A DNA stretch of 63,906 nucleotides, filler included, from Octopus bimaculoides (GCF_001194135.2; 7 parts of 7 records of this genome joined end to end with filler, not necessarily neighbours in it), one strand, 5' to 3'. Shown: positions 13,106-25,123, counted from the whole stretch's first letter. The notes: generated by a model not told the origin, from the sequence alone. A program made the numbers and translations.

Positions 13106-14401
13106 AACGGAGTTTTATATATTACAATTATTCTGGCTGAGTCTAGATCGAGGGAAACATCCTTCTTTCTTCCTACCTGTGTCGAGGGTCATTGGCTTGG
13201 TCTCAAAAAAGGTCACGGATTAAGTCGTGTGAAACAGAAAAAAAATTAGTCTAATCTATGTTTAAAGGTGGACTTGGACTTAGTACTATAAACGAAAGAA
13301 TTACTTGCCAAGTTTACCACAATCTAGCAGTATTCATTAAAATCTTGGTTGACTGGGACATTCAGATTAACTTGTCCAAGAACACAGCGTTGTACCTGTG
13401 ACAGGAATCGAATAATCAAACAGCAGAATTCCCGTCCTAGATGTTCGTTAAACTCAATGTTCTATGGTCTGAAAAAGAAAATATTGTAAAGTATTTTGTT
13501 AAACCCAGATGAATCTATTGTCTAGATTGTGGGTACTGGCTTCTCTTGACTGAAAACAGGACGTTTTTTCCAGGGAGAGCCAACAGTTTAAATTAAGAGA
13601 CTTCTATTTAACACTGGTACTCATTTCAGATTTTTAGGAGGTGGCTTTCTTCGGGAAGAAGAGACAATAATCATAGCCTTCGCAGCTCTTCGGAAACCAA
13701 TGTACTGAGCAGGGATGTCACACAATACAAAAACTCTGGCTGGTTTTGAGCTCATCACATAAAAAGATGAAACTAACAAATGCAAGATATTCCAGCCAGT
13801 TTTTCTGTTGTTTTCTAATCATTTCTGCTTAATCTACGAGTAATTGTTATATAAAAAGAAAAACTTAAAAACTTAAAAAGAAAAAAAAAACAGAAACACG
13901 TCCGACTTTACGCAGCCATCTCTTTCAGATAAATGAGGACAGGTTGTTATTAAACGCTTAAGAAAGAAACTTAAAATAGAAGGTTATAATCCAAATGAAA
14001 TCAGAAGACGTATTGTTGTAGCAAAAATATTTGATTTAGATTTTATTATTTTTTTCTTTGTCATGCAATTATAACAAAAAAAGAAGTGTCATATTTTATC
14101 GCATGTTTTCTTCTTTGAAACAATCGTCGTTGATAAAACGGTATACAACTAATATAACATAATGGATATGATTTTTATGCCTGGCAGGCGCCATTGAGCA
14201 AGCTGTAATCTCTTGGCGATTCAATAATGCAAACTAGTTTCTGATTCTCGGATTACGTAAAGTCCCATTTCTTATGTTGCTAATGACATTGGGCAAAGAA
14301 ATCAATGTTTCCAACATGCTCTTGTTCTCTCTCTGTCACTTTCTCTGTCATTCTCGTTGTCTTTGTCCTTCACTTTATCCCTTTAGTTCTTTTCCCTCCC
14401 T

Positions 14402-14447
<46 letters not shown>

Positions 14448-14880
14448 CTCGTTATCCCTCTTTCTATCACTCTAGTTCTCTTTTCCTACCTTTCTATCTC
14501 TCTCTCGTTCTCTTTATCCCTCCCCCTCTCTCTCTCTCTAGCTCTCTTTCCCTTCCTTTCTTTCTCTCTGTCTCTCTCGCTCATTCATATTTTAACGCTT
14601 ATATTCTAATACACAACTGGGTCAGTAAACATCAGATATTGTTCATATGCTATCCCATCATACAATTTTTGCAGCAAATTTCCATCAGTAGAACGCGAAA
14701 TATTTGAAAACTATTCTTTAAGTCACGCGGCAGGAATTGAAGTTGATCGATAATTGCTCGGCGATCTCAGAAAACGCAAATCAGTCGTGATACCAATAAC
14801 AGACATCTGACGCACGAGGACCAAAAATCAACAGGAGATCCAACTTCAGCGTCCTAATCCTTTTTTTCCTTTTTCTTCAG

Positions 14881-15106
14881 TTAGGTTCTTCGTCGTTTTC
14901 GCATCACGAGAAGAGCTCTTGTGTAAGGGCTCTTGATCCATTGCGGATCAAGATAAAAGTGTGTGTGTGTGTGGGGGGCTTTTGTGCAAGAGCTGTCGAA
15001 AGGAATCAGTTCGGAAACAACGACAGACTGTGTGAGTTTGACACAATATGGAAACCATAACAGAAGCGTCGGCGAAGGCAAAAGTGATTAAATGCTTCCA
15101 GCCTGC
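14881..15106 (+). CDS. Candidate exon with 5' UTR and start codon (CDS 15048-15106: METITEASAKAKVIKCFQP, phase-2 end)
   Basis: Branch-like cctaat, long pyrimidine tract and CAG acceptor at 14880; ATG in caatATGG context; donor TGC|GTAAGT at 15107; unique, non-repetitive sequence. Confidence 0.35.
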
Positions 15107-15789
15107 GTAAGTCTGCTGCTCTTATTGGCCACGTCTTGCAGCCAGCCACACAACGAGATGGTACGCACGAGTGCTTAGTACATGTGAATTTCTGTTGCTA
15201 CGAATTTCTCTGGCTACATTAATCATCGATCTGGATCTAGACTCTACTTATTAAGATAATGCAAAGATATTTGAATGGGCGATCTTGGTAAGAGTCTCAT
15301 CATTTAATATGTTATGTTGAGAACCCTTTCAGATGGTGAGACATCAGCTCAGAGATGGAGCGCAATCGTGTCACATTCCTCAATGAATTTCGAAGAACTA
15401 GTATTCTTCACTTAATAGTGATTCTTTACCCATGAAAAGCTGAATTATTTTCTAATTAGATTTCGTGGTTTCACAGCTAATTCATCTGCGAGCATTATAT
15501 CTCAAAGTGTGTTGCAAACGACAGTATCAGATATCTTATTTTTTTAATTCATTGTTGGCACTGTTGGCAGAAACATTTTTCCAGAATCCATCTCAATGCA
15601 AAAATTTAACCTCTGCAGCCTTGGCCACGTCAAAACCTGCTCTGATTTGGTCTTGTGTGTTGATCATTTTCATATCGAAATTCTCTTAGTACAATATCAG
15701 TTCATATCTTTGCCGCAACGTCTATCAAATTGGTAGACGCAGGAGCGTCTACCAGCCTTCTTGCGTTACTCCGATCCTTGAGGGAAAGT

Positions 15790-15910
15790 TTGTCTTTCAG
15801 ACACGAGTGATCACTTGGTACAGAACAGTTTTTGGAAGATCTCAGCGATCAAGGGCAAAACGTCCGGCCTTGATGGTTTGCTCTACGAGCTTTATGAATA
15901 CATATGAAAG
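15790..15910 (+). mobile_element. L1/Tx1-like ORF2 remnant
   Basis: SAIKGKTSGLDGLLYELY resembles the pre-RT K.PG.DGLP.E.Y motif. Confidence 0.45.
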
Positions 15911-16499
15911 ATTCGTTCTTCTCTGAGCTGACATCTTTCTAATCCGATAGCATGGCTAACAATTGCTGCTACGGTTTAGGTTTCTTTCTACAATTGAAAT
16001 GTACGGTGAATTTCAAATAAGTGAAAACTTAACTTTAAAATATTTAAATTCATATATATTTCTTTTATTGGAGCAGTATATCTCGAAGCACATACATAAA
16101 ACTATAAATAATAGCATGTAAATATCCGGCTGAAAAAAACCTTTTGGCTAGAAAAAGTCGAAGGTCTCGAACCCACACCTCCTGTAGGTAGGCGTTCTCA
16201 TTGTCCTAAAGCAATCCTCCGAATTTCTCAACTCATTTTAGAAGATTTATCCTAACCAGCGATGATTATATGTTGTATGACTTCATAAGAATTTTATAAG
16301 CTTTCGAGAGAAATATTTTCAACGGAATATTTACAAGTTGTTACTTATAGCTTTATGTATGTGCTTCGAGATAAAATACTCCAAGAAAAGAATTATTAAT
16401 TAGTTCTCGCGAAAGTTTATATAATTCTTATTTCGTCAAAAAATCTAAATTCATATCATCGAGTCGAAATAGAAATTCCCCTTTTACTACATAATATAG

Positions 16500-17188
16500 T
16501 CATTTCGGGTGGGGCAGTGATTTGTCGATTAAATCATCCCAGTATATGACTGGTACTTTATTTTTATTTTATTGACACCGGAATTGCACTTGGCGGGATT
16601 TGAATTCAGAACGTATGGAGCTAGAACGTATATCGCATGGTATTTTTCCTGATTCTCTAACGACTCTATTTCACTCTAATAATTCTGTCTACTATAGGCG
16701 CAAAGGCCTGAAATTTTGGGCGAATAGATTAGTCAATTACATCAACTCCAATGCATAACTGATACAGTTTTTTTATCAACTTCGGAATGATGAAAGGCAA
16801 AGTCGACTTCGGCGGAATTTGAACTCGGAACGTAAAAACAGGCAAAATGCCTCTAGGCCAGGGTCTCTGCCAGCTCACCGCCTTATCCCACCGCCTTGAT
16901 AATTCTAATAGATAAACTCATAAAAAAAAAACATCTTTTCTCTTCATTTTTCGTATTGCTATTCCTGTTTATTTAACATTTTTTAATAACCGTTTATCTT
17001 TTCTTTGTTTCAGTCATTAGACTGCGGCCACGCTGGGGCACCGCCTTGAAGAATTTTAGTCGAACGTATCGACCCCAGTACTTATTATTATTTTGTAAAG
17101 CCTGGTGCTTACTCTGTCGGTGTCTTTTGCCGAACCGCTAGCTTACGGGAACGTAGAGACACCAACACCGTTTGTCAAGCGGAGGTGA

Positions 17189-17226
<38 letters not shown>

Positions 17227-17880
17227 CACACACACACATGCACACACACACACACATTATTTTATTCTTTTACTTATTTTAGTCATTTGACTGTGACCAT
17301 GCTGGACCACCGCCTTCAGTCGAGCAAATCGACCCCAGGATTTATTCGTTGTAAGCTTAGTACTTATCCTATCGGTTTCTTTTGCCGAACCGCTATATTA
17401 TGGGGATGTAATCACACCAACATCTGTTGACAAGCGATGGTGGGAGACAAACACAGACACACAAACATATATGTATATATGACGGGCTTTTTTCAGTTTC
17501 CGTTCTGTCAATCAAAACCACTCTTAAGGCTTTAGTGTGCCCAGGCTATAGTAAATGGCGCTTGCCCAAGATGCCACGCAGTGGAATTGAACCCGGATCC
17601 ATGTAGTTGGGAACCAAGCTTCTTACCACACAGCCACGCCTGCGCCTATGTATACGTAAACAATTTTTTTACCCAGGAAGTAGATAAAGCTGTAAATAAT
17701 GGATTCAAATTATGGGGGAGGGGCTAAGTCGATTACATTGACCCAGTGCTCAACAGATATTTATTTTATCGACCACGAAAAGATAAAAGGATCTTGAACT
17801 CAGAAAATAAAGACGAACGGACTACCGTTAAGCATTTCGTCCAGCGCGCTAACGATTCTGCCAGCTCTCTGCACTCGACT
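16500..17880 (-). mobile_element. Dense cluster of SINE copies (both main families) interleaved with (CA)n
   Basis: Recurring SINE consensus segments at ~16520, 16690-16880, 17010-17180, 17280-17650 and 17715-17870. Confidence 0.75.
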
Positions 17881-18099
17881 AATGTAATAACTGCGTGTAG
17901 AATATAGAATTTTAAAAAAACCCCTTGGATGATAAAAAAAGAAAAAGAGACGACGGCAACACGTAAGATTTGAAACCATATCTTCTGTGAATATGACAGA
18001 TGTACTAACTATTATACAAAGGCATCAGTTTGAATTCCCTTCGCTCATTTTGAGAAACTTTGGTCTCACCAGAAAGACTCATATGTTCACACTATAATA

Positions 18100-18640
18100 C
18101 TTTAGAAACTTACCATAAAACGAATCGTTTCATTCCCTAAATTACACGTCTTCTCGGATAAAACAGGAAATATACATCCTATTACCATCGAGTAATACAA
18201 CAAATTCATAAAGAAGGAACTCTACAAATCTCACAAGCTGGCACCAACATACGCCCTTGACGACATCAACAGCAACCATTGCAAACTTATGAAGAAATTA
18301 CACGTGTATGACCACACAGAACCATACTGCCCTACACCTGCACGCTTCAAACTCAGAGATCATAAGAAGGTCTTTATAACCAAACCATCGATACGCCTCA
18401 TATGCCCCACCAGATCCGACCTGGGAAGAATAAGTAAAAATATTTTGGACAAAATAATACCAATCGTCAAGGAGAGACTAAACATCAACTTATGGCCCTG
18501 TACAGGTGAAGTTATAACATGGTCCCATCTCTTAAACAGCAAAAATTCTTATTCCTTCCTACAGTTCGATATCAATAATTATTGTTCTTCTATTTCTCCC
18601 AAACTTCTTAATCAAGCTTTCCTTCTAGCTAGGAATCAAG
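18100..18640 (+). mobile_element. Penelope-like retroelement reverse transcriptase N-terminal fragment (Naiad-like motifs; subclade uncertain)
   Basis: VFSDKTGNIH...*YNKFI...FKLRDHKKVFITKPSIRLICPTRSDLGRISKNILDKI...SFLQFDINNYCSSIS, matching ADKT.N, KDHK, RLINP.KS..G.ISK.ILD and FDI..FY.SI. Confidence 0.8.
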
Positions 18641-18659
18641 CTTTCCTTCTAGCTTGGAA

Positions 18660-19527
18660 TCTAACTAGCCGCTTTTTTATGAAGGGACTCAGAAAATATA
18701 AAGAAATATCTATTTATCATCTTTTCTATAGTTGTGTTCCATTGATATTCTTATCAGACACTGGAACAGAACTGACTTTATTCAAAAATTGGTCAAATCG
18801 ACTTGGTTACAAGAAAAATTTTACTTACAGTCAAAAATCTAACGGTTCAGCTGAAAGATGTTTCACGAGACTTGGCTAAACTTTCAGCAGTTATCTCCTA
18901 GTTATCTGGCAGACAATTAAAAGCAGTAGTACAACTTTGTCTTAATGCTGTATAAATGTTTCATTACAACAACGATTTCAATAAGAAATTATGTATCTAA
19001 CTTGATTCATGCTAGCAGAAACACAAACTGGATTAAATAGGAAAATGAAAACAGCTCTGTTTGTATCAAATGAACAAAGATATGAATATGTTTCTCTCAC
19101 AACGGCAAGCCATGATCTTAGTCTTGATCTATAGCAAGGGGGTGGTAACCTTTACAAAGCAGCTAAAGATATTCAGCATAAAATTATTACAAATTCTGAA
19201 GTTGAAGCAAGTAATAAGCTGACATCAATAACTCCTGCTAAGCTGTCGCTTAATTCCCTGTAGTAATGTTCCTAACAAATCATCAACATCATCAAGTTCT
19301 CTCTAACTACTACTACTACTACTACTGCTATTTCATCTCTTGTTGCCGTTAGTATTCAATCTCCAACATGTCCCAAATACTGGTGATACTACTAAATCAT
19401 GCTAATCATAACAGCGACTTAATGAGAAGTACAACGTCATCAAGTAGCAGCTGCAGAATGTCAAAGAGAATTCAGAAGCCACAAAGATATAACGACTAAG
19501 AATATTTATCTTTTGTGATTAGAGAAA
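18660..19527 (+). mobile_element. Decayed Ty3/Gypsy pol 3' part (integrase core to C-terminus)
   Basis: VPLIFLSDTGTELT...SNGSAER (SD.G.EF / SNG.AER) and terminal MSKRIQKPQRYND* (RS.R.R.P.RY.DY-like), followed by a purine tract. Confidence 0.7.
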
Positions 19528-19717
19528 TGTTATTTTCATTGCATTCTAAATAATTGCTTATTTTGTTGTTATTGTTGTTGTTGTTGTTTTGTTGTCATAT
19601 TCACATGTGTAGCGAACGATGGACTTCAATAAAGCATGCTCAACGTTTCCATCTACTTAGCGATTTTCGTGTTCTACACGGATAGTATTGTTGAGGACTT
19701 GACACTTACTTCTAACA
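19528..19717 (+). mobile_element. 3' LTR of the Gypsy remnant
   Basis: TGTTA...TAACA inverted termini, internal AATAAA, directly after purine tract agagaaa and the pol stop. Confidence 0.65.
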
Positions 19718-19797
19718 CTGTATTCTCTACTTTATTTTCTGTGATCTGCGCCCTCACTTAACGCGGTGAAATTAATTATATGCTCTTGTAGACTTAC

Positions 19798-19882
19798 TAT
19801 TGTGGGCGTATTTGATAATTGCAAGCACAACAACAACAATAATAACCAAATTGGTTTCTTCGAGCTTGGCTTCTCCAGTTAC
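19798..19882 (-). CDS. Candidate 85-nt exon (VTGEAKLEETNLVIIVVVVLAIIKYAHN)
   Basis: Minus acceptor tttcgtatttggtAG, donor ATA|GTAAGT; the hydrophobic run derives partly from (TTG)n. Confidence 0.12.
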
Positions 19883-20532
19883 CTACCAAATACGAAATTT
19901 ATATTTATGTTGTAATTATAAGGCCAGTTTCAGGACAATTTTCTATTCTATATATTCAAATCAAGTGCAAAAACATTAATTCACGTTTAAATCATATGAG
20001 TGGGAGTATTTGTATAAATTTTATATTCAATGTATGCTGTGGGAAGTGTGTTTTTAGAATAATCAACGGATGTAGACTGATGAAATCAAAAGCTATTTAA
20101 ATCATAGTATTATCATACGTTCACTGTCCTCTGTATACATTTATGCAATAGCAAATTTATCACACGTTATATCTTTATAATGGTTAAACAGAAGAGTAGG
20201 GATTTCTAGTCAAGTTGATTGTAATTTGTTTAGAGAAATAAAATGGTAATAATGAGAGGACTGTAATAATGAAAAGCAAATTTACAAGCAATTTACGCGA
20301 ATTGCATTTACGACATCAACAATGCCTCAAGACCAAAAGTCTGTGAAAACGTTCCTTTCTTTTATGCAAACATACAAGGATTTTAGGTCGCTTTGTAAAC
20401 ACGATAATCAATGTAACAAGCTAAGTACTTTGTCTCATTTACCTGTACTTGTCTGCGATTCTATGCGGATGTGCGTATGCATTTATGTGTATTTGTGTGG
20501 ATGCATGTAAAATCTAATACGCAGACAAGCAC

Positions 20533-20559
<27 letters not shown>

Positions 20560-20576
<17 letters not shown>

Positions 20577-21586
20577 GAGAATGTACGAAAAAAAAACAAC
20601 AACAGACGAGGACAGGTGGTGTAAACAACAAAAGGATGTATTAGTATGACGCTCGGGAATACGGAAAGTCTTTAACGTTTCGAGCTACGCTCTTCAACAG
20701 AAAGAATACGGAGAAAACAAGGAGAAAAACATATCGTTTTAGGATTTAGTTTGCAAAATTCTTTATGTGAGTTCGTGTGTTGAAGCATATTCTGTTGTGT
20801 CGGGGAGAGTCATTCTCTTTTGGTGCCTTATAAATTAACACACTCACCGGTAAAATTTCCATTTATTATTATTTTTATTTTTCTAAAATTTTCGTTGCTC
20901 CTAGATGTCTCCCTTATGTATGTCATGTTCATGTCTTTACAAGCACCTTCTATGCATCTTATCCAAGCACCCAAAGGACCCAACACTCAGACAAATACAA
21001 GTGTACGTCCTCGTAAATGAAACTTCCCCAATACTAAATAGAAAATATACATAATAGATATCATACCCCCCTACCCACAGTTTATACAGGTAGAGTAGAA
21101 TAGTTAGTGGGCTGTTAGGTAGATAGATAGATGTATGTATGTGTGTGTGAGTGGGTGTATGTATATACATATATGTAAATGCACATGTATGTAAGCATAT
21201 GGATATGAAAGTAAACAGATCAACATACAGACGGATAGTTACATAGGTTATATGAACAAACAAGCACATACGTACAAATGAAGACTGAAACACATGACCA
21301 TATATACACACACACTTTACTTCGCACGAGGACACATATGGAGACACACGCCCACACATATGGAGATACACATCCATACATACATGCATATGTATACACA
21401 CACAGAGACTAACCAGCACACATGCGCACAAACAAACAAAAAAAACGCAGTGTCAAAACTATTGAAAAGGTTGCAAGACGCAACGGAAATTTTAGAAAAA
21501 TAAAAAAGAAACAAGTGGAAATTTTACCGGTGAGTGTGTTAAATTATAAGGCACCAAAAGAGAATGACTGTCCCCAGACACAACAG
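20560..21586. mobile_element. PLE-terminus-like repeat with inverted partial duplicate; variant HHR motif at 20669-20705 (-)
   Basis: Arms 20792-20900 and 21480-21586 are reverse complements; minus strand tcttt-CTGTTGAA-gagc gta gctc-GAAA-CGTT-aaaga; homologue at 57900-58070. Confidence 0.6.
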
Positions 21587-21750
21587 TATATATATATATA
21601 TAATACAAAAATGGGACAAGAGCGCAAGACATTCAGACAGTTAGGTGATACAAAGAAGGGACAACAGGAGACAGGAACATCCAAGAGAAAAGGAATCCGG
21701 AGGAAAAAAAATCGACAACAATCCACTTGTAGTTACATGTGTATGATATG

Positions 21751-21781
<31 letters not shown>

Positions 21782-21789
21782 TACCTTTG

Positions 21790-22500
21790 CTCATTTCAGT
21801 CATTACACTACTGCCATGCTGGGGCATCAACTTGAGGAATTTTAGTCAAACGAACCGATCTCAGCACTTGCTTTTTTCCTTTTTTTTTTTGAAGCTTCGC
21901 ATTTATTCTATCTGTTCCTTTTATCGAACTGCAAGGTTTATATATATCAATTAGCTTTTATTTCTATCAGTCACTTGACAGTGGCCCAGCTGGGGCACCG
22001 TCTTGGAGGGCTTTATTCGAACAAGTCAACGCCAGGGCATTTTCAAAAATCTAGTTTTTAAGCTATCGGTCTCTTTTTTTCGAACCGCTAGGTTATGGAT
22101 ACGTAAACAAACCAACACCGGTTATCAAGCGGTGGTGGGGGATAAACAGAAATACAAAGACACACTGATACATAAATAAGTACATATATGGTTCCGAGTC
22201 CAGTCACACCGTAGACAGAAACTGAAATAAGCCTATCCTATATATACGTTTGTGTGTGTATGTGAGTGTGTCTGTGTGTCTTTGCGTTTGTGTTTGTGTC
22301 TGTATTTCTTCCCTACTACTGCTTGACAACAGATGTTGGTATTTGTATGTCCTCATAGATTTGCGGTTCGGCAAAAGAGCTGATAAAATAAGTAACACGC
22401 TTAAAGAGAAAAGAAAAAAACTAGTACCGGGGTTGATCCATTACACTAAAAAGTTTTCGAGGCAGTGCCCCAGCATGGCCACAGTTCAATCACAGAAACA
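21790..22500. mobile_element. Cluster of tRNA/CORE-type SINE fragments in both orientations
   Basis: Consensus segments gaaccgctaggttatgg..., ggttcggcaaaagagctgataaaataag... Confidence 0.65.
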
Positions 22501-23630
22501 AATAAAAGGTATACTGGGATTGATTTGTTCAACTAAAACCCTTCAAGGTGGTGCCCCAGCATGGCCACAGTCCAATGACTGAAACAAGTAAAAGATAAAA
22601 GATATACTGGGATTGATTTGTTCAACTAAAACCCTTCAAGGTGGTGCCCCAGCATGGCTGNNNNNNNNNNNNNNNNNNNNNNNNNNNNNNNNNNNNNNNN
22701 NNNNNNNNNNNNNNNNNNNNNNNNNNNNNNNNNNNNNNNNNNNNNNNNNNNNNNNNNNNNNNNNNNNNNNNNNNNNNNNNNNNNNNNNNNNNNNNNNNNN
22801 NNNNNNNNNNNNNNNNNNNNNNNNNNNNNNNNNNNNNNNNNNNNNNNNNNNNNNNNNNNNNNNNNNNNNNNNNNNNNNNNNNNNNNNNNNNNNNNNNNNN
22901 NNNNNNNNNNNNNNNNNNNNNNNNNNNNNNNNNNNNNNNNNNNNNNNNNNNNNNNNNNNNNNNNNNNNNNNNNNNNNNNNNNNNNNNNNNNNNNNNNNNN
23001 NNNNNNNNNNNNNNNNNNNNNNNNNNNNNNNNNNNNNNNNNNNNNNNNNNNNNNNNNNNNNNNNNNNNNNNNNNNNNNNNNNNNNNNNNNNNNNNNNNNN
23101 NNNNNNNNNNNNNNNNNNNNNNNNNNNNNNNNNNNNNNNNNNNNNNNNNNNNNNNNNNNNNNNNNNNNNNNNNNNNNNNNNNNNNNNNNNNNNNNNNNNN
23201 NNNNNNNNNNNNNNNNNNNNNNNNNNNNNNNNNNNNNNNNNNNNNNNNNNNNNNNNNNNNNNNNNNNNNNNNNNNNNNNNNNNNNNNNNNNNNNNNNNNN
23301 NNNNNNNNNNNNNNNNNNNNNNNNNNNNNNNNNNNNNNNNNNNNNNNNNNNNNNNNNNNNNNNNNNNNNNNNNNNNNNNNNNNNNNNNNNNNNNNNNNNN
23401 NNNNNNNNNNNNNNNNNNNNNNNNNNNNNNNNNNAATAAAAGGTATACTGGGATTGATTTGTTCAACTAAAACCCTTCAAGGTGGTGCCCCAGCATGGCC
23501 ACAGTCCAATGACTGAAACAAGTAAAAGATAAAAGATATACTGGGATTGATTTGTTCAACTAAAACCCTTCAAGGTGGTGCCCCAGCATGGCTGCATTCC
23601 AATGACTGAAACAAGTAAAAGATAAAAGAT
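22501..23630 (+). repeat. 93-bp tandem repeat of a SINE 3' tail, split by an N gap
   Basis: atactgggattgatttg... at 22511 and 22604; 22501-22660 repeated exactly at 23435-23594. Confidence 0.8.
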
Positions 23631-23697
23631 GTGTGTGTGTGCGCGTGCGCGCGTATACACACACTCTCACACAAGCAAGCGTGCGCACACACATACA

Positions 23698-23698
23698 C

Positions 23699-23777
<79 letters not shown>
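23698..23777. repeat. (GATA)n microsatellite
   Basis: Direct reading; another at 63700-63770. Confidence 0.95.
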
Positions 23778-23988
23778 CTGAAGAAAAATTACTCCAATTA
23801 GTGAGATATCTATAACAATTTAATACACATACATGTAGGCGGTGATTTGAGGAAAATAAACTGCTATTTCAAGTAGGATGAGATACATTGATGAAGTTTG
23901 TCCATTGGTTTATTATAATTCGTTTATTGAATCAACAAATCGATAATCACAATCAGTGACTGTAACAGCCGAGTAAGTTACTTTCATA

Positions 23989-24172
23989 ATGTGGGTGGCG
24001 GTAACAACCTCAGAGAAATGTTCTGTAAACAAATTAGTAGTGTCACGAAGGTAATACAGTGAATGAAAATTTCCGATGTGGGTGGCGGTAACAACCTCAG
24101 AGAAATGTTCTGTAAACAAATTAGTAGTGTCACGAAGGTAATACAGTGAATGAAAATTTCCGATGTGGGTGA
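23989..24172. repeat. 87-bp minisatellite, at least 2 exact copies running into a gap
   Basis: gtgggtggcg at 23991 and 24078; a third unit begins at 24165. Confidence 0.9.
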
Positions 24173-24403
24173 CNNNNNNNNNNNNNNNNNNNNNNNNNNN
24201 NNNNNNNNNNNNNNNNNTTAATTAATTAANNNNNNNNNNNNNNNNNNNNNNNNNNNNNNNNNNNNNNNNNNNNCCTGTGTGGCTAATAAAAGAAATGTAT
24301 CTATCTTTTTTTTTTTTTCCTTCCTTCCCCCTCCCAAAAAGAAAAGCTCTACATTGTATTTGTCCCATCTTCGTTGAGCCCTGTGTGGCTAATAAAAGAA
24401 ATG

Positions 24404-24436
<33 letters not shown>

Positions 24437-24489
24437 ATCTATCTATCTATCTATAGATCTCTCTCTCTCTCTATCTATCTCTGTTTCTC

Positions 24490-24760
24490 TCTATCTCTTG
24501 AGGGATCACGGGTTTGAATTTCAGACCGGGTGATGTGTGTGTTTATGAGAGAAACACTTAAGCTCCACATGGCTCTGGCAGAAGGTTGGGGCAAACTTCT
24601 GCTGACTCTTTCACCACAACTCTCGCTCTCACTCTTTCCTCCTGCAGCTCACCTGTGACAGACCAGTGTCCCATCCAGGCGGAGAACCTATACGCCAATG
24701 AAACTGGGAAACCGGCCCTTAGGAGCCAGGCATGGATCCAGAAGGAACAAACAACAACAG
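24490..24760 (+). mobile_element. tRNA-derived SINE, third family (also 31305-31460)
   Basis: Shared cagaccggg...aacac..aagctccac..gctctggcag...ctctttcaccacaa. Confidence 0.6.
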
Positions 24761-25085
24761 TACATATGTATGGAGGTACGTATGTAGATGCATATATATC
24801 TCACAAGTTTCATCTTTATGTCTTTCATATTTCGCTTTGACATTATATTTCATTTTCTTTTTTTGTTCATTTTCATTCTATTTTGTTTTTCTCTTTGCAT
24901 CAACTTTATGGTGTACACTCTTTAATGTGTAACATCAAACGCATTATTTTTCTTCATTTTAAACATTTATTTAAATTTCAATGGCTGAAAAAACGATAGC
25001 TATTTATTATATGAACATATAATGGGTTCGTTATTGAAACGTGTACAATAATAATTTGAATGAATCCCTGTAAATAACTCACACA

Positions 25086-25123
<38 letters not shown>

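Noticed and set aside
15080-15700. Protein-like minus-strand translation (MINTQDQIRAGFDVAKAAEVKFLH*DGFW...) as a possible endogenous viral or pseudogene relic
   Set aside because: Stop density matches random sequence and no family motif was recognised; a TBLASTX search would be needed.
16150-16225. tRNA-like sequence on minus (B box gggttcgagacc), and similar at 12580-12645
   Set aside because: No complete cloverleaf; SINE heads rather than tRNA genes.
18139-18290. In-frame stop in the PLE RT as possible selenocysteine recoding
   Set aside because: The stop at 18193 is TAA, not TGA.
22501-23594. Exact 160-bp duplicate on both sides of a gap, superficially CRISPR- or satellite-like
   Set aside because: Units are SINE tails with no spacers; the exact duplicate is probably contig-end overlap.
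24218-24229. TTAATTAATTAA inside N runs (also 36603, 43864, 58119, 60886, 62761)
   Set aside because: Identical six-frame-stop spacer in fixed-size gaps; an assembly filler, not biology.
24274-24412. Direct repeat cctgtgtggctaataaaagaaatgtatctatc
   Set aside because: Gap-adjacent repeat tail; artefact or local slippage.
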